A DNA stretch of 64,000 nucleotides from NCBI GenBank assembly GCA_963824985.1, contig CAWGRQ010000030.1, forward strand, positions 64,583 through 128,582, given 5' to 3'. Below the pieces are notes generated by a model. The model had not been told where the DNA came from, did no database searches, and saw only the letters and a list, made by a program, of their open reading frames with translations. Both the position numbers and the translations under genes were made by a program. Position 1 is the first letter of the stretch. Each line of letters begins with the position of its first letter. Below are positions 58,950-64,000 of this stretch, in pieces. The DNA is from Terriglobia bacterium. GTDB lineage: Bacteria; Acidobacteriota; UBA6911.

Positions 58950-59138
58950 TTACTGCTGTGCCGCCATTGCGTTGGCCATCCATGTCATGACCTCGGCCGC
59001 CGTTGGGATACGCCCCGCACAGACTACCCTATCATTGATCGCCAGAGCCGGCGTGGCCAGGATGTTATATTTGCGAATCTGAGCGAAGTCCGCAACCCTG
59101 GCACAGTTTGAACATCCCGGACCGCACCCGGTGACGCA
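58950..59138 (-). pseudogene. Remnant of a small thioredoxin-fold redox-active disulfide protein (TM0983-like)
   Basis: My translation has no start codon: CVTGCGPGCSNCARVADFAQIRKYNILATPALAINDRVVCAGRIPTAAEVMTWMANAMAAQQ*. It keeps the GxGCxxC site and the YGVMsTPALvinG-like C-terminal half, but about 20-25 residues between them and the N-terminus are missing. It abuts the hairpin at 59139. Confidence 0.35.
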
Positions 59139-59238
59139 TGAAAATCTTTTGGCTTTGCGACTTTGCGTCTTGGCGTCCTTGCGTTGATTATTTTAACGCA
59201 ATGACGCCAAGACGCGAGGGCGCAAAGAGATATTTTCG
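59139..59238. repeat. ~100-bp palindromic mini-element related to the MITE arms
   Basis: GGCTTTGCGACTTTGCGTCTTGGCGTCCTTGCGTTGA, loop TTATTT, then TAACGCAATGACGCCAAGACGCGAGGGCGCAAAGAG. It has the same GCGTCTTxGCGTCCTTGCG word structure as the MITE sub-terminal arms. Confidence 0.6.
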
Positions 59239-59525
59239 GAGCAGAAACTGTCTTGTGGGTTGGCAACGCCAAAGTGGGAATTTGGGATGTCCCCTTTTTG
59301 CGGGGGGCGATTCGGTCTAAAATGAACAGGCGGAGCACGAATGGGATCTCCAGACCGGGCCAGGAATGCTGGCACAGTACTTGCAACTCAGATGCTGGAG
59401 AACCGCGACCGGCGCTCTCCGATGCCAGGCGGAGGCTTATTTTCGCCGCCGGCGAGAGACTTGCCTTTCAAATGCAGATCGGCATTCTCTTCACCAATCC
59501 CTGAACCCCTGAAACTGGAGGTCCT

Positions 59526-61911
59526 TTGCGAAGGCCAAAAGCTCGCACGCTCATCATTGGTGGGCTGATCATCGCGGCGGCAGCCGTACTATGGCAACTG
59601 GCTGCCAATCATTATCCCGGTATGGCAATTTTCCAAGGGCCGGCGAAGATCGCAATCGATTACCCGGGTGATGGGGCGATCTTCCCGCCCGAGTTTCCGG
59701 CTCCGACCTTTCTCTGGCGAGATCCGGACCAAAGAGCGACGGCGTGGATCATCGAGATAGCGTTTGCCGATGGCTTCGGCCGGCCTCCGGGCAGAATCGC
59801 GCGGCGAGCGACTCCGCATTGGGGAGATCGATCCTCGCTGTGTCTCCTCAGCGAATGAACCGCCCAAACTGACGCCCGAGCAGGCCGACGCGCATACCTG
59901 GACACCGGATGACGGCACTTGGGCCGCCATCAAGAAACGCTCGGTGCAGGGTGCGGCGAGTGTGACCATTTCGGGATACCGGGAGGGAAATCCGGATCGG
60001 ATAGTTTCCCGAGCCCGCCTTACGATCCAGACCTCGGAAGACCCGGTTGGAGCGCCGATCTTTTACCGGGATGTGCCGCTCATGCCCTCGGAAACGGAGA
60101 AGGGTGTCATCAAGCCGCTGGCCACCAGATCGGTGCCGCTGATTGCATGGCGCCTGCGCGACGTCGGCGAGACCCGCAGCCGGTCTGTTGATGGAGGGCC
60201 TTCACAGCTGTGCGAACTGCCATTCCATTTCGGCCGACGGAAAGAAGATGGGAATCGACGTGGACGGGCCGTTGAACGACAAGGGTCTGTACGCCATCGT
60301 CCCGATCCAGCCGCATACGTCCATCCGCAACGAGGATGTGGTCGCGTGGAGCACCTTCCGGGGCAAACTGGGCGGCAAGTTACGTGTCGGCTTCATGTCG
60401 CAGATTTCGCCGGACGGACAGAATGTCGTGACCATGATCAACGATTCGGGCACCGACCAGTCGGAATACGAACGCCGGAGAAACCCTCTGGATCTGATAT
60501 CGACGTACTACGTCGCCAATTTCAAAGACTATCGTTTCCTCCAGGTGTTCTACCCGACGAAGGGAATTCTTGCCTGGTACAATCAAGCCGCGGGCCGGCT
60601 GCAGCCGCTGCCGGGCGCCGACGACCCGCGCTATGTGCAGACCAATGCCGTCTGGAGCCCGGATGGCAAGTACCTGGTCTTTGCCCGGGCCGAAGCGAGG
60701 GACGCCTACCCTCCGGGCGCGAAACTGGCCGCGTCGGCGAACGATCCGGACGAGACCCAGATCCGGTACGATCTTTACCGCATCCCCTTCAACGACGGCC
60801 GGGGCGGCCGGGCGGAACCCATCGCCGGCGCATCGCAGAACGGCATGAGCAACAGCTTTCCCAAGGTCTCCCCAGACGGCCGCTGGATCGTCTATGTTCA
60901 GTGCCGCAACGGCTTGTTGATGCGTCCCGACAGCCAGCTCTATATCGTGCCGGCAGCCGGCGGCGAGGCGCGGCGGATGCGGTGCAACACCCCGCTCATG
61001 AACTCCTGGCACAGCTTCTCGCCGAATGGCCGCTGGCTGGTTTTTTCGTCAAAGAGCCGGTCGCCTTACACCCAGATGTTTCTGACCCATCTGGACGAAG
61101 AGGGAAACGACAGTCCGGCCATCCTGATCGAGAACGCGACGGCCGCCAACCGCGCCGTCAACATCCCTGAGTTTGTGAATATTGCTCCGGAGGGGCTGCT
61201 GACGATGGACGCCCCCGCCACCGATTATTACCGGGTCGTGGATATCGCATCGGAAATGTTGAAAAACGGGCAATATGAGGCATCCATTCCGGAGTGGGAG
61301 AAGGCCCTGGCGCTCGGTCCTTCAGAAGCAATGGTTCACAACAATTACGGAGTGGCCCTGGCCGAGACCGGGAGAGTCGAGGAAGCCATCGCCCATTACC
61401 GGAAGGCAATCGAGCTCAGCCCCCGTTATCCCGAGGCATACAACAATCTTGGGGAAGCTCTGGCCGGCAGGGGAAGGTTCGATGAAGCGATCGCCGATTT
61501 CGAGAAAGCACTGCAACTGGATCCCCAACATGCCGGCGCCCGCTCCAATCTCGGAGCCATTCTCGCTCAACAAGGGCAAGATCGATCAAGCCATTCCCCA
61601 CCTGCAAAAGGCAATCGAGCTTAACCCTGATGCAGCCGGCCCCCAAAAGAACCTCGGGCTGGCCCTTGCGAACAAAAGGGAGATTTGAGGAAGCGACGCG
61701 CTCTCTGGAGCAGGCAGCGAAACTGTCAGGCGGCCGGGACCCCGGGGTGCTCGACCTGCTGGGCCGGGCCTATGCGGAACTGGGGCGATTTCCGGAAGCC
61801 GTCGAGACCGAACGCCAGGCGCTGGCCATCGCGACCCAACAGAAAAACTTCCAGCTCGTGGAAGCGCTAAAAGGGAGGATTGCATTATATGAATCCCGCA
61901 GGAAGCGATGA
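59526..61911 (+). pseudogene. Heme-motif (CANCH) / TolB-like beta-propeller / TPR-repeat protein, about four frame changes
   Basis: Protein-like sequence passes through ORFs 59526..59858, 59764.. (first ~135 codons only), 60143..61624, 61275.. (short part) and 61630..61911. It contains SCANCHSISADGKKMG, WSPDGKYLVF / VSPDGRWIVY / FSPNGRWLVF propeller motifs, and C-terminal TPR units (AIAHYRKAIELSPRYPEAYNNLG ...). Confidence 0.75.
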
Positions 61912-61928
61912 CGGCACAGACAAATAGT

Positions 61929-62074
61929 GCATCTGTTTAGCCGATGCTGAACAGCAGAACGCAAAGACGCAAGGACGCAAAGAGATTCCTTTCGGTTCGC
62001 GGGCATCGGCGCCCTTGCGCCTTTGCGTCTCTGCGTTTTGCTTCTTCATCCATTTGATTTGGCTAAACAATAAC
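61929..62074 (+). mobile_element. MITE copy 6 (146-bp internal-deletion derivative) with near-perfect 8-bp TSD
   Basis: GCATCTGTTTAGCC ... GGCTAAACAATAAC is flanked by CAAATAGT (61921-61928) and CAAAAAGT (62075-62082). It begins 17 nt after the upstream stop codon. Confidence 0.85.
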
Positions 62075-62205
62075 CAAAAAGTATTTCCCCGCAGAATTGG
62101 CAGTCTTGTCCTGTCCCGCATTCTGAAGTTGGAAAGCATGACCATCAAGCAAAAAGGGGCAAGCCCGAAGGCTTGCCCCTTTTTCATTGCAGGTAAGTCA
62201 GCGGA

Positions 62206-64000
62206 TCAGAAGTCGTAGCGGATGGCGAACTGCATCCGCCGCGGATCGTTGCGCTGACTCGAAATCCGACCCCAGGTGGAGGTTTGGGTCATGCTCATGC
62301 TGGGATTGCCCAAAACCACGCTGTTGGTCATGTTGAACGTTTCCCATCGGATCTGGATGGCATGCCCTTCTTTGTAGGGCATCTTGAATGATTTGGCCAG
62401 CGCGGAATCGATGTTCCAATTTCCCCAGGTTCGGATGTCGTTGCGCAATCCACCCTCGCCGGGGAAACTCTGCCGGTAGGCAGCAATCGAGGCGATGGCG
62501 TCCGCCTGAGTGGCGAACCCGCTGACGTTCAGGCTGCCGGTTGACAACGTTCCGTTCTTGTTGATGACCGGAGTTCGGGAACGGCAATCCGGTAGGCACG
62601 GCCGGGTTGCTGAGCTGCCAGTTGGTGGGCCACACGGAACCCGTGCTGGTGCTGGTCGTGGTGGCGGACGATTGCCTGTATGTCCCCGAAACCTGCCAGC
62701 CGCCGACGATGGCATCCAGGAACTTGTTCATCTGGCTGCCGAACCTCATGCCGCGGCCGAAGGGAAGCATGTACACGCCGTAGGCGTTAACCGAGTGCAG
62801 CGTGTCGTAATCCGAAACCGCGCGCCTTTCGCCCGGATTCCAGGAATTGGTGATGACTCCCCCGCCCCACGAGCCGGAGTTTTCGTTGCCCGAGGCGAGA
62901 TCGATGGACTTGCTGAGCGTATAGTTGAAATCGAACTGCAGGTTATTGGTGAACCGCTTGCGCACGGTCAGCTGGGCGGCGTGGTAATTGCCGCTCCCGA
63001 TGGAGCTTCTTGCGGACAGCGCGCCGAACTGGTTGGTGAACATCGCGTCCGGGCCCAGAACGGAACAATTGAGAGTACCGGACCCTGCCGTCAGTACGGA
63101 AGGTGGTGCCGGTGGTGGTGCAGGTGAAATCCATGGCCTGCAGGACGTTGGTGAAGTCCCCCTTATTGCTGCTGCGGACGTAGAAATTGGCGATATTCTG
63201 CGTGGCGGTAAAACCGCCGCCCGCCGCACCCGCCCAGAGGTTTTCAAAGTAGGCAATCGGGAGCGATCCGCGTGTAGGATGTGGCGCGGCTTCCATCCTG
63301 CAGGTCGATGTAGGTGGCCATCTTCTGCATAGCCTCGAAGTAGGTCATGCCGGACGCCGGGTCCTTGAGGTTGGTGGGCATGGCCACGTCGCGATTGATC
63401 AGCGAATGCCGCGAGAGGCGGCCGACGTACGAGGCCTGAACGAAGAGGCCCTTGCCGAAATCGCGGCCCCAGCTGAAATTCATGTTCATCGTGTAGGGCG
63501 CTTTCAGCTGATCATCGATGCTGTTGGTGATCGCGAAGGCGTCCTGGGGATACGTTGCCGGAAATCCGGCCGGCGGCGCCGCCGGGAGGTAGGCAGTCGG
63601 AATCTGGTAGAAATCCGTAAACCGGGGAGCATTGAATGCATCCAGGGTGTTGAGCGGATTGCTGAGCGACGTCGAGAGACCGAACATCGTGGAGGCGAAA
63701 TTGGCCGCCAGCGGCTGCCCGATCAGGTCGTAGTACAGCCCGAATCCCGCCCGAATGGAAGTCTTCCCGGATTCGCCGAACAGAAACTTGGCGAACCCGC
63801 TGTTCCCGCTGGGGGAATACGCCAGGCCGAGCCGCGGAGACCAGTTTTTGAAATCCGGGTAGAGCTGCCTTCCGCCCGGCATGCTGGACCAGAATGAAGG
63901 AAATGTCACCGGCTCCCGCCTGTGAGAGACCCGCTTCGGCCAGAGCGCCGCGCTGCCCGAGCCAATCGGCGAGCGGAATGTTGGGGGAAGTCTGCTGGCC
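62206..64000 (-). pseudogene. TonB-dependent receptor (C-terminal beta-barrel part; 5' end beyond window), frame broken at least three times
   Basis: It ends with the receptor-typical ...NDPRRMQFAIRYDF* (stop at 62206). The barrel-like sequence (FDFNYTLSKSIDLASG, SIRAGFGLYYD, NFSWGRDFGKGLFVQASYVGR) is spread over ORFs 63244..63909, 62943..63296, 62198..63256 and 62206..62715 in different frames. Confidence 0.75.

Noticed and set aside
59764-61170. 468-aa ORF listed as a single protein
   Set aside because: Only its first ~135 codons are protein-like. The remainder is an out-of-frame Arg/Pro/Gly-rich read of the gene whose true sequence continues in ORF 60143..61624.

Overview
GC-rich bacterial chromosomal window. 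The gene content suggests a soil Acidobacteriota-type genome; this is an inference from protein families only. Those families are CocE/NonD, S9 and M16 peptidases, DUF1028, DUF362, an OPT transporter, BNR/sortilin-type and GH51 hydrolases, a multi-kb PPC/BACON-repeat surface protein, a TonB-dependent receptor and TPR/beta-propeller proteins. I can support about 30 intact protein-coding genes, several frameshifted or decayed genes and one IS110-family insertion sequence. I saw no rRNA, tRNA or CRISPR array by eye. Six things are not explained by routine annotation. (1) An orphan 556-aa reverse transcriptase (18120-19790) has UG/Abi (defence-associated RT)-like architecture and a W-G-D-D catalytic box, and sits alone between housekeeping genes. 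This is my top candidate for a novel system. (2) A nested-palindrome MITE family has six copies (285-295 bp full length, plus 146-165 bp deletion derivatives and one half copy). Four copies have clear 8-bp target-site duplications, and there is also a related mini-hairpin. (3) An 18-codon Tyr/Trp-rich leader ORF plus a GC hairpin lies upstream of an aroF / tyrA-chorismate mutase operon, which looks like a candidate attenuator. (4) The IS110 element has about 190 nt of upstream non-coding DNA of the right size and position for a bridge RNA, and it is inserted next to a REP-like hairpin cluster. (5) A 6 x 315-bp tandem PPC-domain array lies inside a roughly 7-kb surface-protein gene. (6) Frameshifts are confined almost entirely to a few genes in the 38-64 kb half (mostly large secreted-protein genes), while the remaining genes read cleanly. 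This could be decay or an assembly artefact and must be resolved with reads. All functional calls come from reading motifs in the supplied translations or my own translations; no database search was run.
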